The notes below the pieces were generated by a model that saw nothing but the letters and a program-made list of their open reading frames with translations, searched no databases and was not told the DNA's origin. A stretch of 33,155 nucleotides of DNA from Octopus sinensis (taxonomy: Eukaryota), in the NCBI RefSeq assembly GCF_006345805.1, contig NW_021831679.1, forward strand, positions 1 through 33,155. Reading direction: 5' to 3'. A program made the position numbers and the translations under genes. Position 1 is the stretch's first letter. Each line of letters opens with the position of its first letter. Positions 12,441 through 29,540 of the stretch are shown piece by piece.

Positions 12441-14313
12441 CAGTACGACCCCGGTTTGGGGCAGCATTTTTATCATAGTGCCCCAAAAAGCGAGGGGGTC
12501 CCCCAAAATGCGAGAGTAGTAAGATTTTTTGCTTTTATTTTCTCCTCAATAGATTTTTATTGCATTTTTAGATATAAATTAAAATTATTTAATATTAATA
12601 AAAATCTAACATAGTCCTTTCTTAATAAAATTTAAAAATTTTAATAAATCCAACAAAAAATACTATTAAAAGTAATCAGTAATTTTCTCACCGAATTGTT
12701 TTTTTTCAGTTCTCCTGATAGGTTTTTTCTAAATTCGTAGTAGATTTCAAAATTGTGGACATGTACTGAAAATATTATCTTCTAGAGAATTCACGATGTT
12801 TATGATTTCTTAATTGATGATTTTTTAGATTCATATCCATCATAAGTAATTTTGTCCTCAATAATATCTGTCGAATCCATTGAAATAACATCTGAAATCA
12901 CGTCATCTATTAATTCTTCGTCCAACTGTACATTATCCGAAATTTTTGATCTGTTTTCATTTATTTTCTGCCAGCAATTAATTATCGTTGTCTCTGACAT
13001 CATTTTCCATGCCTCCCCGACAACTGTAATGACTTGTCTAAGATTGACATTATTCAAATTCAAATCAGAAAGCTGTTCTTTTCAAATATAAGAGTAAAAT
13101 CAATCAGTTTATTGAAATAGAGGGACTTGAAGGATTTTATTATTCCCATATCTAGGGGTTGAATTAAAGCGGTCGTATTTTTGGGAAGAAAAAGTAAATA
13201 AACATTGGAATATTCTGTATTTCTGTGACAGCTCGCATTATCCAGTATTAAGACAATTTTTCTCTTTTCATTGATCATATCTTGATTTACTTTCCATAAC
13301 CATTTCCCAAAAATATCACTAGTCATCCACGAATTTTTTGATGCAGCATATAGTACTCCGTGATCCTCAGCGTTAAAATTTTTTAAACACCTAGGAGATT
13401 TGAATTTTCCAATTAATAGAGGTTTTAACTTTTCACCAAGTGCATTACAACAAAGGAGAAGGGTAACTTTCTTTGCTCATTTTAATTCCATTGCATTTGT
13501 CATTAAATTGAACAAAAGATTTCGACGGCGTTCGCTTTATGTATAAAGCTGTTTCATCACAGTTAAAAATATTTTCACTTCCTACAGTTTCCAAACAGTT
13601 GTCATAATCAGCAAAAAAATTGGAAACCGTAGAAAGGTCAGATGAATTCTTTTCTCCACTTATAGTTTTAAATAGCAACTCGTGTCTTTTCTTGAACCGG
13701 TCTAGCCATCCATTTGATGCCTTAAATGATTCATAATTTATCTTTTTAGATAATTTTTTTGCAATCAGTTTTAAGATAGTTCCAGAAATTGGAAGAAATT
13801 CATCTCTCAGACGTAGAAAAGTTTCAAAAACTAATCTATCTAATTCATTATTTGGATCATGTGATTCCTTGATTCTATCGGATTCAGTTAATCCCGCGTC
13901 AAAATAATAAACAAAATTTTGTTTAATGCGAGAAATAGTACCTGTAATTAATAATTAGTTAAAAAAGATACCTTTGCTCGTTTTATACTTTTTAGCAAGA
14001 TCTCTTTCTGAAAATTGACCATGTTTTATATCTTTAGCGATTTTAATTTTTGTTTCATAATTAATCTTTGAATTTTTTTACGAACCATACTAAAGTCAAA
14101 ATAAACACGTGAAATAATAGTATTAATTAATAATTAATAAATAAACTAACATTTTGTAATTAAATAAATTAAATAAGTGCCCCAAACCGGGGTCATCAAA
14201 AAAAAATAGAATGAAAAATTTACTGTTTTCAAAAACTGCCCCTAAAAGCGGGGGTGCCCCAAAACCCGAGGGTGCCCCACCCATGGGGTCTGCCCCAAAC
14301 CGGGGTCGTACTG
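12441..14313 (-). mobile_element. pogo/Tigger DNA transposon B with frameshifted DD29D transposase (about 12800-14088)
   Basis: Perfect 24-bp TIRs CAGTACGACCCCGGTTTGGGGCAG and TA duplications. Motifs FNCDETALY, LILDNASCH and IQPLDMG. 30-nt intron at 13942-13971 inside KTSKG|TISRIK. Confidence 0.95.
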
Positions 14314-14656
14314 TAAACTAAAGAAAATTGCTTTTTGTTTATTCTTGAACTCTAAGCTGAATATGCCTCGGTGTGCGTAAAGAGTTTTGATGAAGTGGAC
14401 GTTCAAAGTCTTGTAGTTCTGCACTGAAACCTTTGCTTTATAGCTTTCGTTGACTCTATCGCTAATAATACTAGTAATACATGTAAAAAAGATAGTCCAG
14501 TTGCAGAATAGAACTTGAAAATATGATTGGATAGTATAAAATAGAAAATCAAATTTCCATGTAAATTTGTCATAGTTTCCGTAAAAAAGAAACGAATTCA
14601 CACACGGGATGACATGGACTCGGCACTGGTGCATCAGTCCTAGTTTGTTTGCAAAT

Positions 14657-15087
14657 TTTATTTTTATTTATTTAAAGACCAAACACGGGTAAGCCAGTTA
14701 ATTATTATAATCCCCGTGATCCCCGATTCAAACGAGGGAGATCCTACTGAAAGATTCGATCCTGCCCACATGAACGGCCTGAGACGACGATGTCCCAGGG
14801 TCAGAGTTCTAGGAGTCCTTTTTCGATAGGCATTAAGTGCCTCCTGAGCGTTGCCATATCCGATTGGAAGTTCCAACTGACATAGTGGACCCCATAACGC
14901 CACGCTAAGACCGGAAGGAAGGTAAGAAATCCCCATTTTTCAACTGTGTCGTGCCAGAAGTACTCGTTGCCTCACGGGCAGGGGAACGATAACGAGAATT
15001 GACCCCTGGATGAAAACTAGCCTCCTTCGGAATCGAACTCACGACTGTCTAGATCCATTATCAATAGCTTAGTCTTCAGCCAAGTTC
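14657..15087 (-). mobile_element. tRNA-derived SINE (431 bp)
   Basis: Head has an A-box-like TGGCTGAAGACTAAGC and B-box GTTCGATTC. GC-richer body, (TAAA)n-like tail, and 10-bp duplication GTTTGCAAAT at 14647-14656 and 15088-15097. Confidence 0.8.
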
Positions 15088-15649
15088 GTTTGCAAATCAA
15101 TTATTTATAAGTAAAATACATCATTTAAATTTTCAAACCATAGTTATATGTCTTCTTTTAAGGTGGTGGTTTATTCACTGTTTACTCTAGGAATTTAAAC
15201 GTGAAGAATTTAGAAAATAACTCGAAAAGGGCCAGGTTATAAGCGAACTCACAAAAGGTTTACAAAAATATGGATTAAATTCATTATAGCACTAATTAAC
15301 CTATATGAGAAATCAAGAAAGCCCAATCAGCCATTGGAGTATTTATATGGTTGTTGTTAATTAAAGTCATTAATTAGAATCTTATTTATTATGCGAGTTT
15401 TATTATTATTAGATGATTTCGAGATTTTTCTGTCTTGTCATCAAAAAAAGAGTTCCTAATAAATGGGTATGTGCAGTTTATTTTAATTTTAGTACACTGG
15501 TAGTCTTTATTAATGTTAACCGGCTGAAATTAAGTTAATAGCTGAAAACAAAGGGATCGGCGATATTGAATTATAATTATTTATTTTTAAATCTTTTAAT
15601 TTATCGAATTAAAAACAATTATCAAATCAAACTTCTTTTTAATTTTGCA

Positions 15650-15760
15650 ACCGGACTAGATCGAGATGACGGAAATCAACTAGGCAAATTAATAATTGTC
15701 CCATTCTGTGATAGCCGACCGATCCTACTTGCACGTACATGTTCTCATCGCCGAACATTA
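15650..15760 (+). mobile_element. Highly degenerate CRE RLE relic
   Basis: GLDRDDGNQLGKLIIVPF aligns by eye with GLDRGDGKRPDGSTLFPF of the 8243-8656 copy. Confidence 0.4.
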
Positions 15761-15776
15761 TTTTGTCGGTCTTATT

Positions 15777-16030
15777 TCATGCAGACGTAGCAAACAAAAC
15801 GGGGCGTTTAAAATCAATAAATACAAAATTCTTTCGGGCCATTACCTTTTTGCCCTCGTAGCATTCAAAACCTAGAGATCGCCAGAAATCTCTCAAACTC
15901 CCTTTATCCACGACATTGGGAAAAGATCGCTTCAATTTATTAACATCAAGCAAATTTTCATTGAAGTCTGCTTTCTGCAGGTTCAAGAATTATAAAAAGA
16001 CTCTTCCACTAGAATCTATGAACTGTTAAT
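15777..16030 (-). CDS. Exons of an unidentified gene, possibly the TMC 5' end
   Basis: Open frame KADFNENLLDVNKLKRSFPNVVDKGSLRDFWRSLGFECYEGKK is bounded by a short GT-AG intron upstream and AAG|GTAAT downstream. No family motif recognised. Confidence 0.3.
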
Positions 16031-17750
16031 GTTGAAATTGTCTCTGAATGTTGAATTCGTGAATAAACAAAAACTATAAACTCATAATGCAAGCCTTGAA
16101 ATTATAGAATTTTTGCACTATGTGGTTAAAAGTTCCCTGTGTTCCCTCTCGTTCGCTTGTCTGACTAGTACTGGCCTTCAGAGTTTTTAGAGTAGCTGTT
16201 GCTTTTTAAGGGACATAGGAAAAATTCAAAACTAAGAATCATGATAAAAAACTAAGTAAAAATGAAGCATAAAAAAATTTCACAAATCTTAAGAATTTCG
16301 TTTTATAGGTTAATAAATAAAACCAACTAATTTTATAATGGTAATTAGCAAATTAGCAAATGAACTGAGAGCGATCCACCGGGCGAAATTGAAGATCGAC
16401 CCTGTCGTTATGACCTGAGACGAAATTGTGTCAAAATTTCTCAAAAACCATTTGGAAGCGCTCAGAGTAGAGGATAGGGTGAAGCCATATATCCAGACAC
16501 GGGTTATCAATGTCTTTTGAGGAAATAGCTTCTTAATCTAGACTGCGCGTTGACATAGATTTTCCCATCTGTGCACTGAACGTGTGCCTTTAGAGGGTAC
16601 TACAAATTACGAAAACGGAAACTAAATAACTATTAATTTAGTTCAATGATAATCGTTTTCAGATTTTGGATAAATTTAAAAAAAGCAAATTAAGAGTAAC
16701 AAAAAAGATTGCATGAATTTTATATTAATTTATTAGAGATTTTGACAGGATATTTTTGTAGCTTTATTACTTTTAGGTAAATAAATGTAGTAAATTCTCA
16801 AAATATGGGATTTTTGATTAGAATTAATTAATTTTGTTAAAGAAAAATTAAAGGACATGGCTAATTAGTACATGATCCATTTAACGAAAAAAATTAACGA
16901 AAATATTCATTTTACGAAAGTCAAAATATTCCCTTGAATACAAATTTGAGAAATATATTGTCGAAAATTAAAAAGAAGGAACATAACACATTTTAAATTA
17001 AACAAAATTTTTTGGTTAAATTTATTTAACGAATGCTCAAATTTTATTTTCGTTAAATAAACAGTCTAATCTGATAATGTATTGTTTCTGTAAAATAATA
17101 AGGTGAAAGGTAGTAACGTCAGAACGTGAATTTTCTCTACTTTGAATTGTTTCAAATAAACTTGCAAAGTTGCCAAAATCTCAATAAGCATAATCATATT
17201 GCACGTCTTTGTATACATAAAGATATTCCGGTTATTGTTTTCTGCAATAGTATCTGTTCTGATCATTGATAAATTTAAAATATTTGTTATAAAAAATTTT
17301 ATATATTAAGTTAGTATTCAAGAAATAATTAAATAATTAATTACCAAAATTCCGTGCAGTGTTCGAATTCAGTACGCCTGTTGAAAATAAGAATTAAAAA
17401 TTCAGAAATCTTAACGATTAATCAACAAATCAATTACGGCGATGAATGCTTCCATAATGATAATGTTAATAAAGTACAAACTAAAATTCTTCATGAAAAT
17501 TTCAACAGAATTTTGACAACCCTTAAATAGTTACATAACGATACTATTTTATAAATGTTATTTTCTGTACAGTTCTCACTGTCACAACAACTTTTAGGAA
17601 AACTTTCCAAAAGATCAATATAGTCGCCATAGGAATCAGATCCGCAACATTTTAAAGATTCTTGCAATAAATCAAGTGCAAAATGATTCTCATCATAGTC
17701 ATCAACATTTGTTTTTATATTTTCTTCAAATTTATGAATAATCTGTGACA

Positions 17751-18005
17751 GGTAAGAGGCGGAACCTGAAGGCGGACTTTTTAATAAACAATATTTTTTT
17801 GATTTAATTTTCATTGGAATATCATTTAGGGTTAGGGTTAGGCTTAAGGTTAGTTTTTCACTTGGGGAAAAAGTGAAATAAAGTTGAGCAAAAAATGTAT
17901 ATTTGAGTGTTTTAATAAATATTTTAGTGTACAATTTTAATTTTAAAAAAAATTTGAAAAATTCCGCCTCCAGGTTCCGCCTCCGGCGTGGTTCCGTCTC
18001 TTACC
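17751..18005. mobile_element. 255-bp MITE with GG-starting TIRs (Merlin-like by TIR and TSD type)
   Basis: 16-bp TIR GGTAAGAG(G/A)CGGAACC. Flanking direct repeat (C)TGTGACA at 17743-17750 and 18005-18012. Internal GGCGGAAC repeats and four degenerate TTAGGG-like hexamers at 17826-17849. The superfamily is inferred. Confidence 0.85.
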
Positions 18006-18137
18006 TGTGACATAATCTTTATTTTAAACAATTATTTTTTAACCATTTTTTGTTCTGTAAAAAAATAAATTGACGTCCAATGATAAGTCCTATATTCATC
18101 AAAATTACAACTCCATATTATATTAAAATTATATATA

Positions 18138-19620
18138 CAGTAAAGTCTCTCGAATCCGCCGACTCTCGAATCCGACATACCCTCGAATCCGCCAATTATA
18201 ATTAATAAATTCTCTTATCCGCCATTTTTCCTAGAAAAAATTCTCGAATCCGCCATATTTTTTATAATGAATCCGCCATGTCCTAATTTTAAATAATTTT
18301 TTTAATTAAATTTACTGATATATAATCAATTTATTAACACGTTACATCTGTCTTTGTTGTTGTATTAATGAAACGTAACTGTACAAGACAAAAAACAATC
18401 AAAAAATTGAGATTTTGAAGTTTATTCAAACAAATAATGAATTATCTTCACTAAAAATTTATGAGATTTTTTCAAAAAATACAACTTGCCTGTTTCTCGC
18501 CGATCTATTTATGATCTGAAAAGTAAAAGAGGATCTAACATTATGTTTCATAACCTAAGATCTGACATTTCCCGCAAACAATATTTAAAGTTTGCGAAAT
18601 CGATGATAATACTATTGCTTGGGTCAATTCAATGGATCTTAAAGGGGCCATTTTAAATGATAGGATTATTACTGAGAAAGCAAAAGCCTTTGCATTGAAT
18701 CTCGGGATTACTGAATTCAAAGGAAGCAAAGGGTGGTTAGTTAAATTAAAAAGAGGAATGGTTTGAAATTACGTAATATGCATGGAGAATCTGCAACTCC
18801 AAATTTTGACCCTAATTTAGTATCAGATTTCAAAAATAAAATCAGTCTTTACGGAGCTCAAAATGTTTATAATGTCGATGAAACTGGCTTATTTTACAAA
18901 ATGATACCGTCTAAGAGTGTTTGTAAAACCATTAAATCTGGCTATAAAGTCCTGAAAGACAGAGTTTCTGTTATGTTATGTACAAATGTTGACGGTACAG
19001 ATAAGCGAACACCCTTACTAATTGGGTTGTTTAAAAATCCAAGATGTTTCAAGAATTTCGAAACAAAATAGAAAAGTTGGAACAAAATAGAAAGTTCCTT
19101 AATTTTAAATTGTTTCATTCATGCAAAATGGACTCAAAACAATGAAAATATTAATTATGAAAATCCCTTAATTGAAAATTATGATAATATTCTGGAAAAA
19201 ATGGATATTATTGATCCGTTAGAAGAAAGTCTTTATATTGAGATTGAATATAATGAAAGTGAAGAACTTGAATTAAATAATTCAGAAAAAATAGAACAAG
19301 AAATTAGCGAAGAACCGTGTGAACAAAGTCAGAAAGTTGTTACCATTAACGAGGCTTTTATCGCTTTAAACAAATTAAAAGAGTTCTATAATCAAGAAGA
19401 ATTCTTTAATATAGAAAATCTTGAGTATATTGAAAACATTGGATCTTTAATGATCCAAACTCTAAGAAGAAACAAGTCGAAACTTGCTGATTTTTTTGTT
19501 TTTAATTAATTATTTTGGCTTAATAATTTAAATTATTAATGGATTAAAAAATCGATAAGTCTCTCGAATCCGCCAGATTTTGCCGATCCCCGAAATTGGC
19601 GGATTCGAGAGACTTTACTG
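18138..19620 (+). mobile_element. pogo/Tigger transposon C, internally deleted
   Basis: 23-bp TIRs CAGTAAAGTCTCTCGAATCCGCC, TA duplications and many CTCGAATCCGCC subterminal repeats. The transposase has the HTH, NVDETG and KNPRCFK, then jumps to an acidic C-terminus and lacks the second and third catalytic Asp. Confidence 0.93.
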
Positions 19621-22600
19621 TACTTACCGAAACAGAAGTAAATCTTTTCCGAGAAAATAAATATATATTACCACTAGGTACCCCGAAAAGAGCCAATATA
19701 CAAATGCTGATTAACATTATTTTCAAAATAAAGAGCGAAATTCCGAGTTCTGTCATCATAGACAATTTATATACAAAAAATAAAGACATTGCCAATATTC
19801 CCTAAACATTATATAATTATTAATACCAAATAGGATATGATATTATATATAGTTATAAATTTGGTAAAGAACATTATGTATCACGAGAAACTATATTAAT
19901 AAAGGTCAAGAGTATGTAAATTATTATTGGAAAAAATTTAAATTTAAAAATGTAAATTATTTAAATAAAGATGATGCCACGAATGTTTTCACAGTATATA
20001 GTGTCTTAAATCAATGAATTTTTGATTTTATTTTTTAAATCTTTAATTGGTTAAGTTTCGGTTTCTGCTCTGTTGTTATTCTTTGAGCATTTGAACAAAA
20101 ATATTTATTAAAAGTAATCTTTAGGGAATGTTAAAGGGAAAATAAAATACAGAATAAAGAAATTTACAAACTTAGAATGGAAAAATACTATACATTGTAT
20201 GGTATACAATAAACTGAAAAGATGTATAGATGGTATTGATTGCAAGAACTAAAGTCTAAATTCAGAGCCATTTAGCAGCAAAGGAAGAGACCTGTAAAAA
20301 ATAGCGGAGAGAATGGTTTAAACTCAGCCAATTAAATTCAAAATTCCGGAAAATTTACCCCCGTTTAAATGCAAGGGTTGGATATAATTTTGAAAGATAA
20401 AGTTGATCACTTTATCTAAAAAAGATGTTCCACCTCTTTTCTGAAAACATCTGAAAAAGATCCAAGGAATTAACCCTGAAAAATTAATTTCAACAGACAC
20501 TGTTGAAGATATAATAGGAAACTGGAAGAATCACTACAGTTTTTACTTATCAATAATGCGAAAATTATTAAAGATCAAATTGTTAGTGCGATCAAAACGT
20601 GCAAAAATAGTTCATCTCGCTATGACATGATTTTATTAGTTTTTCAATTCAAGTTGGTTTTTAGGCCACTTACCAAAATGTTTTGTGAATGATTTCAAAA
20701 CCCGCGAGAAGTAAAAACAACTCTCTTTATTACAGACCAATTAATCTTTATCTGCACACTGGAAAGAATAAAGGAAATAATTGTGCTTAACAAATTTTCT
20801 AGCCACACAGAGAATAACCTCACTATTGGTCATAATTTCCTTGTGACCAAAAGATCATATGGAGATACTTGTCGAGTGATTGCTCTGAAGAATGGACCGG
20901 TGGCGGGGGAGAAACAAGAAGTTTGTTATTTTTGAGCATCCTGATAGCACAAGATGAGATGTAATCATGAATTATTTTCTTCCATTTTTCCTATTGTTCG
21001 TTAAGAGTATTTTTGAAAGACATTTGGATTGATCGGCCAGAGTAATATCTTTTATTTTCTGAAATAAGATTTTGTGGCATGGATGAGACAGGTATTGTAT
21101 TTCGTTAAGGAATTGGAGTCCTCTTATCGCCAAATGGTCTTTGACCGGAAGGATACAAGATTCTCAATAAAGATGATTGTGTGAGTGGAGGCTAGGCAGT
21201 CAGTTATTTGTCGGAGGCCTGAGTTTTGGATTCTTGATTTGGGTCACCTTCACATGGTGTTGTTTGGATGCTGCTCTAATGCTACTATAAGACATTCAAC
21301 AATCTCCAGATTTGATCGTTGTCACAAATATCTTTCTGCTAAAGATACAAAAATCAGTGAAAATGTTACAATTTTAACAAGTAAAAAAAAGGAGTTGAAA
21401 TTAATGAACACAAATAAATATTAAAAATGGTGAAATAAGTTTTTTGCAGTTTATATACTTCATATTTCTGAGTCTGCAGTGTCCGATAAGGTCAATGTGT
21501 ACATAATCTATGTCAACTATTTTGGAGTATCAGTGACGATAATTGATTATCTGGAGTTTAGTCGTTCAAAGGATTGGACGATAGTTAATCATCTAGAAGA
21601 GTTCAGTCACAAACATACATACGAAAACTTTAGAGAGCATGATAATTGAACACAATCATGAAATAAACATTGACAACTATTCTGACTAAATTATAAAGGC
21701 AACGAATAGTCCTATCTCTAAAGGAAAATAACGGTAAGTGTATGCCGACTTGCCAAATGAGTATGGAAAACAAATCTTAATTGCTAAATTAAGATGTTTA
21801 AAGTATTATTTTTTACCTATATAGCATTGCTGCATTTCTTAGTCGCACAAAGATAATTGTATTTGGTAAAAAATGTATAAAATATAAATTGTCACGCACC
21901 GGCAGCCAGTATCGCGTTTTTGTTGCTCCGAAGAACTGCAATATTCAAGATAATTTAAAAACAATTATATCGCGTTATAATGTATTGATTAATGTGAAAT
22001 TATTAATATTTAGACGTAAAATTCTATTTATTTAACATTTTTATAAATTAAATAGCCATGAATACAATTGAAAGAAAAATTACTATTTTCTCAAATCAGA
22101 ACTTCATAGATATGTACAAATATGAAAGAGTAATCTATTTGTAAATATATCATTAGCTTACCCATGATTTAAATATCTTAAAAAATTTTGAGGATAAAAA
22201 AATTAAACAAGAAATTTTAAGAGAATAAAGAAACTGTAAAGAACCATTAATTTATATTAAAAGTCTAAATGCGAAATTAAATTAATGTTCATTTCTGATC
22301 CATTTATTAAAAAACAAAATAATGATTTTTCGTCACAAAGATTAATTCAAATCGTCCAACAGCCTCGTGGAGGTAATGGAATCACGATTTTAACGAATGG
22401 ACATCTCCTAAAGGTTTTTAACCTTTGATCATTTAGAATAGAAATTTTTGTCATTCGGTCATTGCGGCAGACTTCTTTTCCTCTTGGATTGACGTTTTAT
22501 ATTAACAAAGTGATGGTTTTCCGGATAAGTTGCTGCTGTAAATATTTTTTTGAGACAAACATTATTTTTTACAAATGTTTTAAATTATTGGAACTGAAGA

Positions 22601-23092
22601 ACGGACTTACGTGCATGACGTATTGATCTCAATTTTATTTTAGATGCACATATAAATTAATTCGCAACATTAAAGGATTTGACGATAATTACTCAAAGAA
22701 AATACGATTTTTTAAAGCAAGCAAACGTTTGATTACAAGACAGAAAATAAAATACGGCGAAATCTTGGACGAAAAATACGTCCAATATGTAAATTTAGAG
22801 ATATAAATCATTTAAAAGATACACGAATTACAAAATCGGATAGAAACAGGGCATTAATTATTTTAGTTGAAACTTTAAACTGCTTAACTTGAATGTATTA
22901 AAAAGCAATTCAGATTCTTTTTTGATACAATGTTCTCTATATTATATTAAAAATTCTTTTGATAAGATAATTTTCATAAATCTCAAAACCTCAATAAACC
23001 GGAAAATTTTCATGGGTCCGATTTAGACATGTTCGAGTCTATATTTTTTTAATTTTTATGGCATTTTCTCTATTATAAAAAAACAAAAACAA

Positions 23093-24300
23093 TTATAAAA
23101 ATATAAAAATCCTATAAACGAGTGACTCAGCACTTGGTTCCCAACTCTTCTTGACACTCTTTTCAGGCTCTTCTTTGCTAATATTAAGGACTATCTCATC
23201 GACAGTTTCAACTTCCATAGACACTATGCTGGAAGCAGTCAACGAGCTTCTATAGGGCACAGAAATCCTAAAATCAGACGGAAGAGGCCCAGAAAGTCTC
23301 CTAAATTTTTTCATCTCCCCCAAAACCCGAGCCATGCTCTCATTAGCCTCGTCAAGCATATAATTCTAATCTTATCAAAATATTCAGACTACACTGCTAA
23401 GCTTAAATAAATTCCCAAAAGGATGAAGTCTTGGAGGCTGAGGATCCATCTCCCGAAAAGGCTAAAGCTTCATATTTCGACTAGATGCTTGGAAGTTCCC
23501 TATTATTGAAATAGGCAAAGAATGCTTTGATTCTAAAAAATATTTTTTGGTCATTTCAACCTGCTTCAACAAGACTTGTTTTGCCAGAAAGAATAGACAT
23601 CAAATTGGACCGCAAACGGGGATATTCATCCAAAAACTTTCCTGCTCCAATCCGATAAATATCACTTTTAATTGTAGTTTAAATAGTTACATAAATCCGT
23701 GGAAAGAATCGCTGGTTTTAGCAGTACAGAGTTTACGAAAACATTTTCTTTCGTTCTTTCTTCTATGTTCTACTTGACTGCACGTGCTTTCATATTGAGA
23801 TTTAGCCTAATTAGTAAACTAATACTCATTTCATAACCCATGATTTAATTCTGTGTAAGGAATTTATAATAGAGTGAGGAATACAACCATTTTCCAATTT
23901 ATCAGGCAAATACAAATTCATTCTGGCCAGAATTTTCCGAAGACACTAAAAATAAACAAAATAAATCACCGGAACGTAATAACGGAATTCTATTAAGATA
24001 CTCACCAACTCCTCCTTCTTCCCTCTTCCAACGGCTCTCTCAGTAACCAAACTCTCTAAAACAGTCAGAATAGTACCAAAACTATAAGAGGGAAGAATTC
24101 TGTATAGTTAAAGGGAGTAATAACAAGATAAACAGTACTCATGTCTGCATCAGTTCTGAGAAACCCACAAGGAGGAAGACCATTTCGTTTATTTCCACTA
24201 AAAGGCACAGCGACCTACAAAAGCAATTAAATCTAAAAAAATGACAGGCCAGCATTTGTCTGGTCTTTGAAACTGTAGAAAATATTGAGTAAGTAAGCTC
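23093..24300 (-). pseudogene. INTS6: Integrator complex subunit 6, C-terminal half only
   Basis: Spliced translation LLTQYFLQFQRPDKCWPV...PCGFL...ITPFNY...RLRSNL...HSLPISIIGNFQ...PFREMDPQPPRLHPFGNLFKL..MLDEANE follows the INTS6 motif order. Introns 24215-24245, 24056-24082, 23946-23969, 23665-23690, 23533-23560 and 23366-23392. In-frame TAG at 23462-23464. Confidence 0.85.
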
Positions 24301-24420
24301 AGTTGCTTATTCAGCTGAGCAGGTTAGCGAGTTTGAGTTGATTGAACAACCGAAAATCGAAAATTATTTTTAAGTAAACAATCCTTATTTAAAAAGCCAA
24401 AAAGTTTTGTGACCTAATTA

Positions 24421-28720
<4,300 letters not shown>

Positions 28721-29540
28721 TTTAAATCCACGTTTCGAGGGGGATTGGGATACGCTTTTGTGCGGACCTGGCCCTCCCCTTTCATTTTTCTTCCAATTCA
28801 GTCTCCATGAATTCTGTTAGAGATTTCGCAACCTGGCATCCTGTCGATCATTTTTATTAGATTTTTTGTGACTTAATAAATTTTAGTATTTTATGATTGT
28901 ATTTGCGTGCTGAACCAGATTTGGTGGGGTGTTTAAATGAAAAGTAGCAGATTCGTGGGATTTTAGCTTTTCATACATCAAACCATTGTTTATAATTGTT
29001 CCTTGAGGGATAAATTTTTTAAAATTGGAAATAAGAGCATTAAGGTAATCGACTGCTGGAGCTGTCAAGCGAAAGCTGTAGATGTTAAAATTATTCAGAG
29101 AATTTGAGCAAGGCGATATTCGTCCCAAAAAGCTCTTTTATAGTTAATGAAAAGATGGCGTACTGGGTCAATGTTAGATTTCAGAACATTCTCAATCGGA
29201 ATAGCTGATCATGCGATTAACCTTTAGTGCCTTTATCCTCAATAAAGATTTAAAAACGTTCTAATTATAATTTAATTATGGTCTTAGTTAGGTCACGAAC
29301 GACCTTTAGGAGGTGAAAGAGACCAGAATAGAGAGGTACACAGTGAGATATTTTGGAAAGAAAGTGAGTTGCCTTTTCATGACATAGTTTTAGTATGAGA
29401 TATAGAATTATTGAGGATAATTTAAGCATCGAAAGAAATCCGGTTTAAAGGAGGGTGATTGTGAGTCTTTTGTAGTTAATTCGACAACATAGACAAACAT
29501 GCTACCATTAGAAAGTCACTAACATAGACAAACATTAAAG

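Larger units (their letters stand above)
11856..15400 (-). pseudogene. TMC (transmembrane channel-like) family gene, disrupted by pogo B and a SINE, 3' part not found
   Basis: TMC-like motifs NSFLFYGNY, IYYTFIRALTGFVSVVL, EKVELYLPETKLKFKLIR and QYCENYVGKNMYRLILVE (cf. CWETxVGQEMYRL). Removing pogo B and intron 12412-12435 joins AIFFSLI to KKLVDSKER in frame. Confidence 0.72.
17341..19795 (-). pseudogene. Tetraspanin gene with two TE insertions
   Basis: Large extracellular loop LQESLKCCG...PKSCC...IYKI|GC with a 23-nt intron at 17522-17544, followed by hydrophobic TM4. Hydrophobic TM-like exons at 18075-18115 and 19630-19795. In-frame TAA at 18032-18034. Confidence 0.78.

Noticed and set aside
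17826-17853. Telomere or interstitial telomeric array
   Set aside because: Only four degenerate hexamers, internal to a MITE.
19900-22900. Degraded LINE, MULE or unknown gene pieces
   Set aside because: Only isolated weak words (NY.PI-like, SRFDR-like), with no consistent frame, termini or intron chain.
28883-29128. 81-aa minus-strand ORF as an ABCC TMD0 or a separate gene
   Set aside because: Not hydrophobic enough for TMD0, no recognisable motif, and no convincing splice connection.
29486-29535. CRISPR-like repeat-spacer-repeat, also the TE subterminal repeats at 18140-18280 and 5805-5910
   Set aside because: Only two 15-bp copies, or repeats that are clearly transposase-binding sites. 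No cas genes and a eukaryotic context.
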